DNA of 64,000 nucleotides from Bdellovibrionales bacterium (GCA_031370005.1 JANMPT010000097.1:64001-128000); one strand, 5' to 3'; shown: positions 9,737 through 21,411, numbered from the stretch's first letter. The notes: a model not told the origin generated them from the sequence alone. Numbers and translations are program-made.

Positions 9737-11022
9737 TAAAGCCCCCTTTTCATGGCAACTTTAATGGATTTCTTATGTTTTTTACCGCTAAATATTTCAT
9801 CTAGTTCTTTAGCTTTTAAATACCGAGAAGTCTCTGGATCACCCAAAATCTTTTCTCGAAGATGCTCCCCCTTAGACAGACTATGGCTCAACCTTTGAAT
9901 ATGGGCATAGGCCATTTCGCGACCGAGGCCCTTATTAACTAGAGCCAACAATAGGTGAGAACTAAATAATTGCCCCTGAGAACTTTCGATGTTTTCAAGC
10001 ATGCGTTTTTTATTTACTACGAGACCTTCCATTAGGCTTGTCATTCGGCTCACTGCATAGTCACTAACAATAAAGGCATCAGGAAAAATCACACGCTCAG
10101 CTGAAGAATGACTGATATCACGTTCATGCCACAATGGAATATTCTCCATTGCTGTAAAGGCATATGCTTTCACCAAACGAGCAAGACCTGTAATATTCTC
10201 CGCACTAATTGGATTTTTTTTATGCGGCATAGCCGAGGAGCCCTTTTGACCTTTACTAAAGCCTTCCGTAACCTCGCCAACTTCGCTTCTTTGCAGATGA
10301 CGAAGTTCAATTGCAAGCCTTTCAAGTCCACCCATCATTAAGGCAAGGCTTATAATTATTTCTGCATGACGGTCGCGCGGAATAACTTGCGTAGCAATGA
10401 CTTCAGGTTTTAATTTGAGCTTCTTAGCAACTTTTGACTCTACCTCTACCCTCATACTGGAGTAGGTTCCAACTGCACCACTCATTTTACAGATCATCAT
10501 CTGGTCCAGCGCATTTAAAATTCGTTTTTTATTGCGACGCAACTCCGCTAAGAAACCTAATATCTTAAAACCAAATGTCGTGGGCTCAGCAAGCATGCCA
10601 TGAGTACGCCCAGCGCAGAGCGTATCTTCATGTTTTTTTGCTACACTCAAAAGAGTTTTCTCTAAGATGTCCATCGACTTCATAAGAAGCTCACCTGCTT
10701 CACGAATTTGCAAGCTAAAGGCTGTGTCTAACACATCAGAGCTCGTCAAACCGAAATGAATGAACTTTCCATGGGGTCCTACGTTTTCAGCTACATTGGA
10801 AACAAAAGCGATGACGTCATGCTTTGTTTGTTTTTCAATTTCTGCAATTCTCTTTACGCTAAAGCGACCTTTTTCAGTAATTGATTTCGCAGCAGAACGA
10901 GGAATCAAACCCATCTGAGCCTGAACCTGTGCAAGTGCTATTTCTACTTCGAGCATTTTTCCAAAGCGATGATCCAAATCCCAAATCATACCCATTTCAG
11001 GGCGAGTGTAACGTTCAATCAC
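9736..11022 (-). CDS. purB: Adenylosuccinate lyase
   Basis: MIERY start, HDVIAF, GRTHG, GSSAMPHKKNP signature, LWHERDISHSS. Confidence 0.97.
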   Translation of the reverse strand: MIERYTRPEMGMIWDLDHRFGKMLEVEIALAQVQAQMGLIPRSAAKSITEKGRFSVKRIAEIEKQTKHDVIAFVSNVAENVGPHGKFIHFGLTSSDVLDTAFSLQIREAGELLMKSMDILEKTLLSVAKKHEDTLCAGRTHGMLAEPTTFGFKILGFLAELRRNKKRILNALDQMMICKMSGAVGTYSSMRVEVESKVAKKLKLKPEVIATQVIPRDRHAEIIISLALMMGGLERLAIELRHLQRSEVGEVTEGFSKGQKGSSAMPHKKNPISAENITGLARLVKAYAFTAMENIPLWHERDISHSSAERVIFPDAFIVSDYAVSRMTSLMEGLVVNKKRMLENIESSQGQLFSSHLLLALVNKGLGREMAYAHIQRLSHSLSKGEHLREKILGDPETSRYLKAKELDEIFSGKKHKKSIKVAMKRGL

Positions 11023-12304
11023 GGCGTTCTCTTTCTTTCCGCTGTTGTAAAAGCTTCCACCACTTCGACAAGCTCCCGCAAATCAAAGTTTGATTCTCAA
11101 ATTGGTCATCCCAGGAATAATTTTTCCAGACTTCAGCTCCATCCAAATAGACATTATTAAAACTCATCTGTCGTCGACGAGACGTCAAACCCTCGCCATA
11201 AACTGGAAAGGAAGAAGGACCAATTTGTGAGTATGTATAATAAAACTCCTGAGGATAAGATTGAATCTCAGGCAAAGTTGAAGGCAAGCGCTCCCGTATA
11301 ATTCCCATGATTTTTTCACCACGAATACGCAGATACTCTTTGTTAAATCTTTGAACATTTGGGATGCGAATCCAAACATCAAACTGATCCTCAAGTGCCG
11401 TCCTTTGTATAACCATCATATTCTGATGAGTCCAAGGACTGGTTATTTGGTTTAGAACTAACATGTGTATGGGTAAACAATCACGCTCTGGACATGCTGA
11501 CATTTTTAAGCGGTAACGAATCCAACACCACTCTGGCTCTAATGCCCCCTCAGGGAATAGAGCCTTAGCGATTTTTGGCGCCACAAAATAAGATTCTTCA
11601 CTGCTTAACATCCACACAATTTGATCCACATGCATAAGCCCCGAACGCTCGCCGTGAATTTCTACGCCAGAGATCGTTTTATTATTTTTAAAAGAAAGAT
11701 CAAGAAGTTCAGTCTTTTGATGAACTTCAATTTTTTTCTGAGACAACCACTCAATAGACTTCTGCTGACCAGCTCGAGTGGCCTTACGAACTGCAAAAGG
11801 GTTCATAAGCTTCAAGGGCTTACCTACAAGACTGGCCCTTGCGCTCGGAACATAAGTAGTAGAACTCAACTGATGAGCCAAATGCATAATCCAAGATTCT
11901 TTGAAATTCTCAGAAGCCCACTTTTGAATTCCTGAAATATTTTTATAAGTCAACTTGCCGCTCATCAAAGATTCACAGACTTCTTTATTCTGATTATTTT
12001 TTTGTAACCGATACTGTGTCAAAGAGCTTTTTAATTCCAAGGGGCCATCCTCTAGCCACATTGTAAAACCTTGATCAACAGATTCAAAAGGATCTTCTAA
12101 AAATACACGTTCACCTTGAGAGTCGGTGGTTTCATCTGATTTAAAAAAACCAAAGGGCCCTTCAATATCCTCAGGCGGCCAAAACCCCAGTTTCGAAGTC
12201 ACATCAATTAAAACAACAGGGATGTTTTCTCGCTGCAGCTCTGCTGCCAGCCAATAGCCCCGCCCATAGGCTGATACGATAAGAACAGATGTGTTTAGGT
12301 CCAT
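11015..12304 (-). CDS. Hypothetical protein resembling a degenerate FAD/Rossmann-fold oxidoreductase
   Basis: N-terminal beta-alpha-beta pattern VLIVSAYGRGYWLAAEL...VVLID without a canonical GxGxxG; overlaps the purB start. Confidence 0.6.
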   Translation of the reverse strand: MDLNTSVLIVSAYGRGYWLAAELQRENIPVVLIDVTSKLGFWPPEDIEGPFGFFKSDETTDSQGERVFLEDPFESVDQGFTMWLEDGPLELKSSLTQYRLQKNNQNKEVCESLMSGKLTYKNISGIQKWASENFKESWIMHLAHQLSSTTYVPSARASLVGKPLKLMNPFAVRKATRAGQQKSIEWLSQKKIEVHQKTELLDLSFKNNKTISGVEIHGERSGLMHVDQIVWMLSSEESYFVAPKIAKALFPEGALEPEWCWIRYRLKMSACPERDCLPIHMLVLNQITSPWTHQNMMVIQRTALEDQFDVWIRIPNVQRFNKEYLRIRGEKIMGIIRERLPSTLPEIQSYPQEFYYTYSQIGPSSFPVYGEGLTSRRRQMSFNNVYLDGAEVWKNYSWDDQFENQTLICGSLSKWWKLLQQRKERERRD

Positions 12305-12465
12305 AGAATGATTAGAAAATTCCTAATGTTCAAAGTCAAAGACTCAGTTACATTTTCATGGACAAATACCGCCTTATTGATCCAACTTGAGATTTTTGTG
12401 TCTCAAATAAGGACCTACCTTCAGTTTTCCATGTTTTTTCGCGATAATAGAGACAGGGGGATACC

Positions 12466-13239
12466 GTGAAAATTCTATTGATTACGTTGATGAGTCTGTG
12501 TTCATTGGCGGCTCCTGCCTTAGCACAAAATTATTTAGCAGATAAGCCTGCTGTTTCTAATAAACATTATCTTTTAGCTCAAACTGATCCAGATGAGGCT
12601 TACGACCCTTTCAGTGATTATAGTGAATTCGATGAGGCCACGGATGAAGAAGCAGATATCAATTTTTTCAGAAATGGCCGTTTCTTTACAGTAGGTCTAG
12701 CTGCTGGAATGCGCGACTTCACTGGCAATTTTTCAAAAATCTATTCTAGTGCGCCGACTTTTGGTCTTTACCTAAGTTATTTCTTTGATCTTCGCTTGGC
12801 TTTTTCATTAGGCTTCCTCACTGGCGATAATGCTGTTAATATTGGCACTGCTGCGGGAAGTTATACAGGAAATGTCTCGTTTACCTCTTTAAATTTTGAC
12901 CTCAAGTATTACTTGAATACTCAAAATGTAACCCGCGGCCTTGCTGATTTAAATCCCTATATAATTGGTGGATTTGCACAATTCTATCGTACCTATACCC
13001 TATCAGGTCTTGAGGGCTATAGCCGAGACCAAACCATGGGCATCGAAGCCGGCGCGGGCCTCGAGGTACCACTCATGCGTAAAAAAGCTTTTCTTGGAGT
13101 TCAAGCAATGTATCATTATGTGAACTTCAGTGATGAAAACGGTAAGTTTCTCAATGATGGGACAAGCTCTATTCCACTGACAAACACTATTTCAGGAGAT
13201 ATCTACGATATATTGGTTATCTTAGGAATGAACTTCTAA
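12466..13239 (+). CDS. Outer-membrane beta-barrel protein with an acidic N-terminal extension
   Basis: Signal peptide, alternating beta-strand pattern (NPYIIGGF, GAGLEVP), C-terminal Phe (LGMNF), G-rich SD. Confidence 0.8.
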   Translation: MKILLITLMSLCSLAAPALAQNYLADKPAVSNKHYLLAQTDPDEAYDPFSDYSEFDEATDEEADINFFRNGRFFTVGLAAGMRDFTGNFSKIYSSAPTFGLYLSYFFDLRLAFSLGFLTGDNAVNIGTAAGSYTGNVSFTSLNFDLKYYLNTQNVTRGLADLNPYIIGGFAQFYRTYTLSGLEGYSRDQTMGIEAGAGLEVPLMRKKAFLGVQAMYHYVNFSDENGKFLNDGTSSIPLTNTISGDIYDILVILGMNF

Positions 13240-14618
13240 AATATTTTTAATATCAAACCGAATATCTGCAAAAGCATTCCCAAAATAATGAATCCAGGTG
13301 CATACCAACGAAGCACCCACTTCCAGTGCGGATACATTGAGTAACTTACAAAACGATCCTTAGCGATAAACTGAGTTTCTTTTTCTTTTTCAGTCATTCC
13401 CCAATTTATACTAATCAAAAGTCCAAGCGCAATCACTGGCAAAATCCAATTGATTAAAATTGAATCCATTAGCTCCATTAGCCCTTTGCCAAAAAACCGA
13501 ACATCACGAAAAACAGAACTAGAAAACGCTGGAAGCATCGCCAGCACCAAGGCAAAGGCACCAGTTATCCACGAGGCCTTGCTACGATTGATCCGTTTTT
13601 TTTGACTGCTATCCACCAAATTAGAAACGATTGTTTCCATTAAACCAATACTGGCATTTAGTGCTGCTAAATAAAGACTGCTAAAGAATAACAAACCAAA
13701 GAGAAGTCCTCCACGAAAACCCAGAAAAAAGCGCGGCAAAGTCTCAAATAACAGAGCGGGATCTGTTAAAGGCACATTTGAAGCCTGGAAGGCGATTGGA
13801 AAGACCAACAAAACTGCTACCAATGAAATTACCGTATCAACCAGGGTCACACGAAATCCGGCTGTTGGAACATGGTCTTCCTCTCGCATATAACTACCGA
13901 AAGTCACGAGGGTTCCAAATCCCACTGAAAGCGTAAAGAAAATATGCCCCATAGCATGGTTGAGTGAAGCATATGTCAGTTTTGAAAAATCAGGGTAAAA
14001 AAGAAACCTCAAAACCTCGGTCTCTGACGGCAAGGATGTCGAGCGAAGTACCAACAAAAATACTAGCGTCACAAAAAGAGGCATCATGTAACTGATGAAC
14101 TTCTCAAGCCCCTCTTGAACTCCCTTTGCAACGATTACGATAGTGAGCAAAACATGAACACTGGCTAGGGCCCACTGAAGCCAACCATTTTGCATCAGTG
14201 TTGCAAGTGATGCCGCCGAGTGATGAACATCTGTGGGAATTAAAACTTCGATTAAGAACCGACTGAGAAAATGCAGCACCCAACCACTAATCACAGCATA
14301 ATAGGAAAAGACAACAAGGCTTAAAAGGACTGAAAATCTGCCGGCCCAAATAAAATTTTTATGACCTGTATTTTGCGCAAGCATTTGCGTCGCCATCAAA
14401 ACACTCTGGCGAGTGGACTTACCTAGGCTCAACTCAGCAATCAATAAAGGAAGCCCCACAGTGAGTGCCATAAAAACATAAAGTAAAACGAAGGCTCCTC
14501 CTCCATTTTCTCCTACAACATAGGGAAAACGCCAGAGGTTTCCTAGGCCACAGGCTGAACCAATTGCTAGAAGATAAAATCCAAAACGCGTTCGCCACGC
14601 TCCACGCTTTATCGACAT
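13236..14618 (-). CDS. Sodium-dependent transporter, neurotransmitter:sodium symporter (NSS) family
   Basis: GSACGLGNLWRFPY, GGGAF, FFTLSVGFG; many TM helices. Start placed at ATG 14618, which overlaps the der TGA. Confidence 0.92.
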   Translation of the reverse strand: MSIKRGAWRTRFGFYLLAIGSACGLGNLWRFPYVVGENGGGAFVLLYVFMALTVGLPLLIAELSLGKSTRQSVLMATQMLAQNTGHKNFIWAGRFSVLLSLVVFSYYAVISGWVLHFLSRFLIEVLIPTDVHHSAASLATLMQNGWLQWALASVHVLLTIVIVAKGVQEGLEKFISYMMPLFVTLVFLLVLRSTSLPSETEVLRFLFYPDFSKLTYASLNHAMGHIFFTLSVGFGTLVTFGSYMREEDHVPTAGFRVTLVDTVISLVAVLLVFPIAFQASNVPLTDPALLFETLPRFFLGFRGGLLFGLLFFSSLYLAALNASIGLMETIVSNLVDSSQKKRINRSKASWITGAFALVLAMLPAFSSSVFRDVRFFGKGLMELMDSILINWILPVIALGLLISINWGMTEKEKETQFIAKDRFVSYSMYPHWKWVLRWYAPGFIILGMLLQIFGLILKIF

Positions 14619-15979
14619 CAAGCGCCCTTGCGACTCTTCATACAGAAAATGCGAATGGGAATCCCTTGAAGCCCCCACTTTGCTTTTATATTTTTAATCA
14701 AGAAACGACGATAAGCCGTCGTCACCCCTTCTGGATGATTTGCAAAAGCAATGAACGCAGGGGGTTTTTGGTAAGTTTGTGTTAAATAATAGAATTTCAC
14801 GTTATTATTACCATGAACTGGAGCCGGAGCCTTACGAATGGTATCAAAAAAGAAATTGTTTAAATCAGAAGTTGAAATCCTCATACTCAGCTGAGCAGAA
14901 ACCTTATCAATCATCTGAAAAAGGTCATTTAAACCATGGTTCATCTTTGCACTGGTGAAAACAACTGGTACATCGTCATAGAAGTGAAATGTTCTGGCCA
15001 CTTGCTCACGAAAAGTCTTTCTATATTCAGGAACATCCTTTTGCCCAAGATCAGACTTGTTTGCGACTAAGATCACGCCCCTATGATCATCAAGGATAGC
15101 TTGCATAATCTTCGCATCTTGCTCAGTTGGCCCAATAGTACCATCAACAACCAGCAAGACGATCTCAGATCGTCGAATTGCCTCTTTTGACTTAAATGCC
15201 GAAATAATCTCAAGGTCTTCTTCGCGACGAGAGGAGCGGCGCAGCCCTGCCGTATCAACAAGAATATATTTCTTGTTGTTTGCATAGAAAGGACATTCAA
15301 CGGAGTCAATAGTGGTTCCAGCGATATCAGAAACCAACATCCGGTTTGATCCTAAGATCGCATTGCTTAACGAGCTTTTTCCAACATTAGGTTTGCCCAC
15401 GATAGCAATTTTGACACCATCGGTAATTATATCACTACGATCGGGAATTTGTTTTGTAATCCACTCAAGAATATCAGAAAGCCCTCTTCGTTGCTCAAAA
15501 GAAGCGGCAACAATATCCACACCAAACTCGTAAAAATCAGCTTTAGAAATTTCTTCTTCTGCAACTTTGTCTACCTTATTGATGACAAGCAAAAATGGTT
15601 TTCCCATTTGCTTTGCAATCTTAATAATATCACGGTCTTCTGGCAAAAGTCCTGCTCGACCATCCATAACCGCCACTATAAAATCAACACTGAGTAAAAA
15701 TTCAGAAACTTGTTCCTTAATTAATTTAGAAAATAAATCCCCTGCTTCAGTGATACCGCCAGTATCGATCAAATCAAACTGTTTACCCCAAATATCAACT
15801 GGCTCAATAATAATATCTCGAGTCACACCCGCATGATCTTTAACCACCGCTTTACGTGTCTCAGTAACGATATTAAAAAGCGTCGACTTGCCCACATTGG
15901 GGCGACCAATGATTGCAACCTTCGGAACATCCGTCATCGAGGCAGCAACATCGTCACTCTTCATTGTTGTCTCTGACAT
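14618..15979 (-). CDS. der: Ribosome biogenesis GTPase Der (EngA)
   Basis: Two G domains (GRPNVGKS, DTGG, NKVD; GKPNVGKS, DTAG, NKSD) and a KH-like C-terminus. Confidence 0.97.
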   Translation of the reverse strand: MSETTMKSDDVAASMTDVPKVAIIGRPNVGKSTLFNIVTETRKAVVKDHAGVTRDIIIEPVDIWGKQFDLIDTGGITEAGDLFSKLIKEQVSEFLLSVDFIVAVMDGRAGLLPEDRDIIKIAKQMGKPFLLVINKVDKVAEEEISKADFYEFGVDIVAASFEQRRGLSDILEWITKQIPDRSDIITDGVKIAIVGKPNVGKSSLSNAILGSNRMLVSDIAGTTIDSVECPFYANNKKYILVDTAGLRRSSRREEDLEIISAFKSKEAIRRSEIVLLVVDGTIGPTEQDAKIMQAILDDHRGVILVANKSDLGQKDVPEYRKTFREQVARTFHFYDDVPVVFTSAKMNHGLNDLFQMIDKVSAQLSMRISTSDLNNFFFDTIRKAPAPVHGNNNVKFYYLTQTYQKPPAFIAFANHPEGVTTAYRRFLIKNIKAKWGLQGIPIRIFCMKSRKGA

Positions 15980-16868
15980 ATCCCAACTCCTGCATGATTC
16001 GCTTATTGTTAAACCAATCAGCTTTAAAATTTACAATTAAATCTAAAAAAACTTTTTCACCAACAAGAGTTTCAATCTCTTTACGTGCAGACGCGCCAAT
16101 CTCTTTTAGATTAGAAGCACTTTTACCAATTACAATGGCTTTGTGATTCTCTTTTGCTACCAAAATCTCGGCATAGATTTTTGGACAAGGACTCGCGTTC
16201 TCGTCAAATTTTAAAATACGTACCGCCATACTAAATGGGATCTCTTGATGTACAAATTCAAAGCACTTCTCACGAATAACCTCTGCAACAAGGTCGCGAG
16301 TGTTGTGTGGAGTAAAAAGATCAATATCATAAAGTGGAGCCGGGCTCTCCGGAAGTAGAGATAAAAACTCGCGTAAAAGCAATTCTCTATTCTCAGGATC
16401 AGACTCCATTTCTTTTGCTGATACTAAGAAGGATTTTCCGCCAGCTTCTTCAATCATTTTTTTAAGGATCATAATACGATGTTGTTTTTCAATAAGATCT
16501 GACTTTGTAATTACACCGGCCCATGGCTTATGGCTACCGGAAACCATTTTAATTACTTTCTCAGCATCCTCGGCATTTTTTTCATCAAGACTGATAATTG
16601 CCAAGATAGCATCGGACTGACCAATAACATCTTCAGCTTCTTTAGATAAAAATCCGTTAAGACCCTTGTCTGCATTAATTAAACCTGGCGCATCAACGAA
16701 AACTATCTGACCATTGTCTACGCTCCACACTCCCAAAACTCTACGACGAGTTGTTTGTGGCTTATCTGTAACAATCGAAACCTTCTCGCTAACAAGATAA
16801 TTCATGAGCGTGCTTTTTCCCGCGTTAGGTTGGCCAATAAGCCCTAAAAATCCTGCTTTATAGCTCAT
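15954..16868 (-). CDS. era: GTPase Era
   Basis: GQPNAGKST, KPQTTR, KH domain with IVIGK; directly downstream of rnc. Confidence 0.96.
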   Translation of the reverse strand: MSYKAGFLGLIGQPNAGKSTLMNYLVSEKVSIVTDKPQTTRRRVLGVWSVDNGQIVFVDAPGLINADKGLNGFLSKEAEDVIGQSDAILAIISLDEKNAEDAEKVIKMVSGSHKPWAGVITKSDLIEKQHRIMILKKMIEEAGGKSFLVSAKEMESDPENRELLLREFLSLLPESPAPLYDIDLFTPHNTRDLVAEVIREKCFEFVHQEIPFSMAVRILKFDENASPCPKIYAEILVAKENHKAIVIGKSASNLKEIGASARKEIETLVGEKVFLDLIVNFKADWFNNKRIMQELGYVRDNNEE

Positions 16869-17557
16869 GAAATTTTCTCCTTTGATAATATATCGAGACC
16901 CTTTTTTGCCGCAACTTGTTCGGCAATTTTTTTACTCCGTCCCGTCCCAACTGCTAAGTTCACTTCTTTTACTCGAACGCAAACAGTGAAAGCCCTATCA
17001 TGTGGAGGCCCTTCTTCACTGATTAACTCATAAACGGGAGCTTCTTTAGTTTCTTTCTGCATTACTTCTTGAAGACGCGTTTTATAATCACGCTCGAAAT
17101 CCTGAGTTGGGTCTAGATTTTCGATAAGATTCAAATAGTTTCTTCGCACAAAAGAACGAACAACTTCGTATCCACCGTCCAAGAACATCGCGCCTAGCAA
17201 AGCTTCAAAAGCAGAAGCCAGGATTCTTGGTTTTTGAGCTCCTCTTGTAATGGTTTCACCTTTTCCTAGATAAATATTTTTTGGCAATTCCAAGTCAGTT
17301 GCAAGATTGGCAAGAACCTCTTCGTTCACAAGACTTGCTCGCTTCTTAGAAAGCCCTCCCTCTCCATCTCCGGGGAAAAGCTCCATCAAATATTCACCTA
17401 AAATTAAATCTAAGACGGCATCGCCAAGAAATTCGAGTTTTTCATTATGCTCTCCTCTTTCACGGAGTTCATGGGCAAAACTCTTATGTGTCAAAGCACG
17501 AGTCAATAAATCTCTATTTTTAAATTGAAATTGAATTTTTGTTTCTAAATTAGTCAA
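16865..17557 (-). CDS. rnc: Ribonuclease III
   Basis: ALTHKS, NEKLEFLGDA, dsRBD (DYKTRLQE, GPPHDR, GRSKK). Confidence 0.97.
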   Translation of the reverse strand: MTNLETKIQFQFKNRDLLTRALTHKSFAHELRERGEHNEKLEFLGDAVLDLILGEYLMELFPGDGEGGLSKKRASLVNEEVLANLATDLELPKNIYLGKGETITRGAQKPRILASAFEALLGAMFLDGGYEVVRSFVRRNYLNLIENLDPTQDFERDYKTRLQEVMQKETKEAPVYELISEEGPPHDRAFTVCVRVKEVNLAVGTGRSKKIAEQVAAKKGLDILSKEKIS

Positions 17558-18903
17558 GTGAGAATCTCCCCTACTAAATGACCTTCCATGCGATTTTTTG
17601 AAGTGTGATCATACTTGAGAATTTTCACCATGACTTCCTGTCCAGACCAGTGACTGATAAAATCATCTGCTCCTAAAATTTCGACATTCCAATAATCTCT
17701 ACTTAAGGAATGTCCGCCTTTTGCTCCATTTTTTAATACTAAAACTTTTTTCTGAGTTCCGACCTGCTCTTTGCCTTGAGTCTCAAAACGATGTAAACTT
17801 AGCTCACGTAAACGCAAAGTTCGTTGCTGACGATCTTGAGCTTGCACACGTACATCATATGCCACAGCGCGAGTCCCAGGGCGTTCACTATAAGGAAAAA
17901 CATGAATTTTTGTCCACGGGAGCTCTTTAAGAGTAAAATAAGTGTCTTCGAATTGTTCCAGAGTTTCCGTCGGAAAGCCTGCAATTACATCCATTCCAAC
18001 AAATGCATTTTTCACGCGTTTGTGAATTTGATTAAGAGCATGTGCAACATCAGCTTGGGTGTACTTCCTTTTCATCTGATCTAAAACGTTTGTATTTGCA
18101 CTCTGAATACTCATGTGAAAATGAGGACACATCTTGTCATTTTGATAGATATCTAAAAGTCGTTCGCCAAGTTCAATAGGCTCAAGAGATGAAAGTCTAA
18201 AACGAGGCATTTTTGTTTTTATTAATAAGGATTCTAACAGATCTTCTATTACTAGCTTTTTACCCTTGCACTCATCCTCATAGTCACCGATATGAACACC
18301 AGTTAGAACACACTCACTGATTCCGTCAGAATAAAGTTCATTCACACGAGCTACAAGGTCTGCTACTGGAATGCTTCGCGATTTCCCGCGAGCATATGGA
18401 ATAATACAATACGTACAGAAACTGTTACAGCCATCTTGTATTTTTAAAAAAGACCTAGTGTGTGTTTTTTCAACTCCACCACCGATTTCGAGGTCTTCTT
18501 TTTTAAAAATATTTGACTTAAACACCTTTTCAGTAAGATCGCCTTTAAAGTATTTATCCAGCAGTTGGGGCAACTGACTTTTGTGAGAATTTGCAATTAC
18601 AAGATCAACTCCAGGAAGATTCTCAAAAGATCCTGTATCCACTTGTGCTGCACAGCCTGTCACTACAACTGTGCAAAATGGATCTCGAACCTTCAAACGA
18701 CGAATGTAGCGAACTGCTTCTTTGGTCGCTTCTGCTGTTACAGCACAGGTATTAAGAACATGAATGCGAGAATCATCTTCATTCCTATATATAAAGCCAT
18801 TACTTTGAAGATTTTTTTGCAAGAGTCCCGTATCGTAAGTATTTACCTTGCAACCGAATGTATGAACTTTGAATTTAATGGAGTGCTCTAAAGTATTATC
18901 CAT
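17554..18903 (-). CDS. mtaB: tRNA ms2t6A methylthiotransferase MtaB
   Basis: TFGCKVN, NTCAVT, TGCAAQ, radical SAM motif CNSFCTYC in KIQDGC context, [11 protein letters not shown]. Confidence 0.93.
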   Translation of the reverse strand: MDNTLEHSIKFKVHTFGCKVNTYDTGLLQKNLQSNGFIYRNEDDSRIHVLNTCAVTAEATKEAVRYIRRLKVRDPFCTVVVTGCAAQVDTGSFENLPGVDLVIANSHKSQLPQLLDKYFKGDLTEKVFKSNIFKKEDLEIGGGVEKTHTRSFLKIQDGCNSFCTYCIIPYARGKSRSIPVADLVARVNELYSDGISECVLTGVHIGDYEDECKGKKLVIEDLLESLLIKTKMPRFRLSSLEPIELGERLLDIYQNDKMCPHFHMSIQSANTNVLDQMKRKYTQADVAHALNQIHKRVKNAFVGMDVIAGFPTETLEQFEDTYFTLKELPWTKIHVFPYSERPGTRAVAYDVRVQAQDRQQRTLRLRELSLHRFETQGKEQVGTQKKVLVLKNGAKGGHSLSRDYWNVEILGADDFISHWSGQEVMVKILKYDHTSKNRMEGHLVGEILT

Positions 18904-19970
18904 CCCCCCCCCACTAATTCTTTTTCACGATAAAATACGGCAGCCTGGCCTGGAGTCACTGCACGTTGAGGCTCCTTGAATTTCACCGTAAAACCTTTTT
19001 CATTTTTGAAAATCTGCGCTGGATATCCTTTCGTCGAATACCGAATTTTCACATTCATAAGTTCACCATCTTCGACCTCAGATAATAATCTTGCATCCAC
19101 TACAGTGACTTCGCTGGAGTAAAGGTGTCGTTCATCACCGATCCAAACTGTGTTGTTTTGAACTTCAATTTTTAAAACAAACATTTTCTCATGATGATCC
19201 AAGCCAAGGCCTTTGCTTTGACCAATAGTAAAGGTATGGATTCCTTGATGACTTCCCATAATCTCGCCATCTGGATAGCGTTTTAACAAACCTTTTTTAG
19301 TTTCAAGAATACTTTTATCCACTTGTGAATTTATAAAGCTATCATAACCCTGATTACCAACAAAACAGATCCCGACGGAGTCTTTTTTACGCGCGTTTAC
19401 AAGCCCTACTTTTTCTGCATAGGAACGAACTTCTGACTTTTTCATATGACCAATAGGGAATAAAAGTTTTGAAATAATTTCGGGGTCAATTGTGAATAAA
19501 AAGTAAGTTTGATCTTTCCAATCATCTGTACTGGTCTCAATGCGAGCGCGACCTTGATCATCTTTTACGATCTGTGCATAGTGACCCGTCGCCAAGTAAT
19601 CACAATCTAGCTCTTTCATTTTTCTGACTAGATGATCAAACTTCAAATACGTATTACAGTTGACACAAGGAAGTGGTGTTTGACCATTCAAGTATGCCTT
19701 TAAGAATGGATCAATCACAGCAGCACGAAACTTTGCTTCACAATTTAAAACATAAAATGGAATACCAAGGCGATCCGCCACATCACGTGCATCGTCTACA
19801 TCAATACTTGAGCAACAGGTCCCATGTCCCTCTTCAAGATCGCACGACGTATAATCCCATACTTGCATAGTGGCACCAACCACATCATAACCTTGTTCAA
19901 CTAATAAGGCGGCGGCGGCAGAGCTATCTACCCCACCACTCATCGCTACGAGGACTCGACCTTTAGACAT
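18888..19970 (-). CDS. mnmA: tRNA 2-thiouridylase MnmA
   Basis: [33 protein letters not shown]. Confidence 0.97.
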   Translation of the reverse strand: MSKGRVLVAMSGGVDSSAAAALLVEQGYDVVGATMQVWDYTSCDLEEGHGTCCSSIDVDDARDVADRLGIPFYVLNCEAKFRAAVIDPFLKAYLNGQTPLPCVNCNTYLKFDHLVRKMKELDCDYLATGHYAQIVKDDQGRARIETSTDDWKDQTYFLFTIDPEIISKLLFPIGHMKKSEVRSYAEKVGLVNARKKDSVGICFVGNQGYDSFINSQVDKSILETKKGLLKRYPDGEIMGSHQGIHTFTIGQSKGLGLDHHEKMFVLKIEVQNNTVWIGDERHLYSSEVTVVDARLLSEVEDGELMNVKIRYSTKGYPAQIFKNEKGFTVKFKEPQRAVTPGQAAVFYREKELVGGGWIIL

Positions 19971-21225
19971 TTCTACTCACCTCTGACCCGGTCTCTATAG
20001 AGCGGAGTCTCTCTACAACTGACTTTAATGTTTCTACAAATTCGTCAACTTGTCCTTGGGTATTTGACCACCCAAGGCTGAGGCGTAAACTGCTCTGAGC
20101 CTCGTCGCGACTCAGCCCCATTGCGAGCAATACGGGGCTTGGTTCTGGATTCCCACTGCTACAGGCTGCACCTGTGCTTACTGCATAACCTTTAATATCA
20201 AGACTCATTAACAAAGTCTCGCCGTCCACGCCATCAATGACGAGACTTGAAGTATTTGATAGACGAGCCGTTTCGACCGCAGTGATTGCAACCCCTCTGA
20301 TCTCCCCAAGAATCCGTTTTTCCATATAATCACGAAGATTTTCAATCTCTCTAGCACGATGTTCTACCTTTGAAAGCTTCTCAGACATGACCCCTAGGCA
20401 AGCAATTCCAAGAACATTTTCAGTCCCACCACGGCGATGTCGTTCTTGTCCGCCACCATGAATCAACGACGTAAAATAAGCATTCTTCCTAGCGAAAAAA
20501 AAACCGACACCTTTAATTGAGTAAAACTTGTGACCAGAAAAAGATGCGAAATCCACATCTAGTTCTGCAAGATTCACTGGTATTTTCCCAAAAGCCTGAA
20601 CTGAATCCGTGTGAAAAAGCGCGCCTTGAGCGTGAGCCATCTTAGCCATTTTCTGAATAGGAAAAATGGTGCCAGTTTCATTATTAGCATACATCACAGA
20701 AACCAAAGCAGTCTCTGCGCACAAGTGCTCTTGGTAAAACTCAAGATCAATTTCACCCTTACGATTCACAGGAATATAATCCACACGTGCGCCCAAAGAC
20801 TTCAAGTGAGCCATGGTTTTGATCACGCTGGGATGCTCAACCTCAGAACACATATAGTGCTCACGATAAATATGCTCAGGTTTTGTCGTCCGAAGGACTT
20901 GATAATAATCAAAAAGACCCTTGATAATAGTGTTATTCGACTCAGAACCACCAGAGGTAAAAACAATTTCCAAAGGACTACAAACTAGATTTTTTGCAAG
21001 ACTTTGACGAGTATCGCGAAGGATATTTTTAGGCTGTCGACCTGCCCAGTGTATCGAACTAGGATTTCCCCAAGCTTGCAAAAAAATCGGAACCGCTTGA
21101 ATCACATCTTCACTCACGGGAGTCGTGGCATTATGATCAAAATAATTCGATTTTAGTGAATAATAATTACGAATATCACCCATAGAGTGCCGCACCTTAT
21201 CACAAGGTAAAATTCCTGAAAACAT
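19963..21225 (-). CDS. Cysteine desulfurase, IscS/NifS group; true start may lie up to ~25 codons downstream
   Basis: DHNATTP, FTSGGSE, EHPSV, NNETG, HTDSVQ, PLP lysine SGHKF, active-site STGAACSSG. Confidence 0.93.
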   Translation of the reverse strand: MFSGILPCDKVRHSMGDIRNYYSLKSNYFDHNATTPVSEDVIQAVPIFLQAWGNPSSIHWAGRQPKNILRDTRQSLAKNLVCSPLEIVFTSGGSESNNTIIKGLFDYYQVLRTTKPEHIYREHYMCSEVEHPSVIKTMAHLKSLGARVDYIPVNRKGEIDLEFYQEHLCAETALVSVMYANNETGTIFPIQKMAKMAHAQGALFHTDSVQAFGKIPVNLAELDVDFASFSGHKFYSIKGVGFFFARKNAYFTSLIHGGGQERHRRGGTENVLGIACLGVMSEKLSKVEHRAREIENLRDYMEKRILGEIRGVAITAVETARLSNTSSLVIDGVDGETLLMSLDIKGYAVSTGAACSSGNPEPSPVLLAMGLSRDEAQSSLRLSLGWSNTQGQVDEFVETLKSVVERLRSIETGSEVSRNV

Positions 21226-21375
21226 TTAAGATACTAATAATTTACAGCAAGTGTAATTAACTCTAGCAAGCCCTTTGAGTGCCTTTTGTCTCAATTTGAG
21301 GCAGTAAAAAATACAGGCCCAAGCATTTAACAAACAAAACTAGACCCTGCAAACAGTGTCTTTAATGAAAAAGTC

Positions 21376-21404
21376 TTAAGGAAGTTACTCACTTAGACCG
21401 ATAT
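21376..21404 (+). promoter_or_regulatory. Putative sigma28 (FliA) promoter
   Basis: TTAAG-N16-ACCGATAT, ending 7 nt before the ATG at 21412. Confidence 0.45.
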
Positions 21405-21411
21405 AGTAGCT

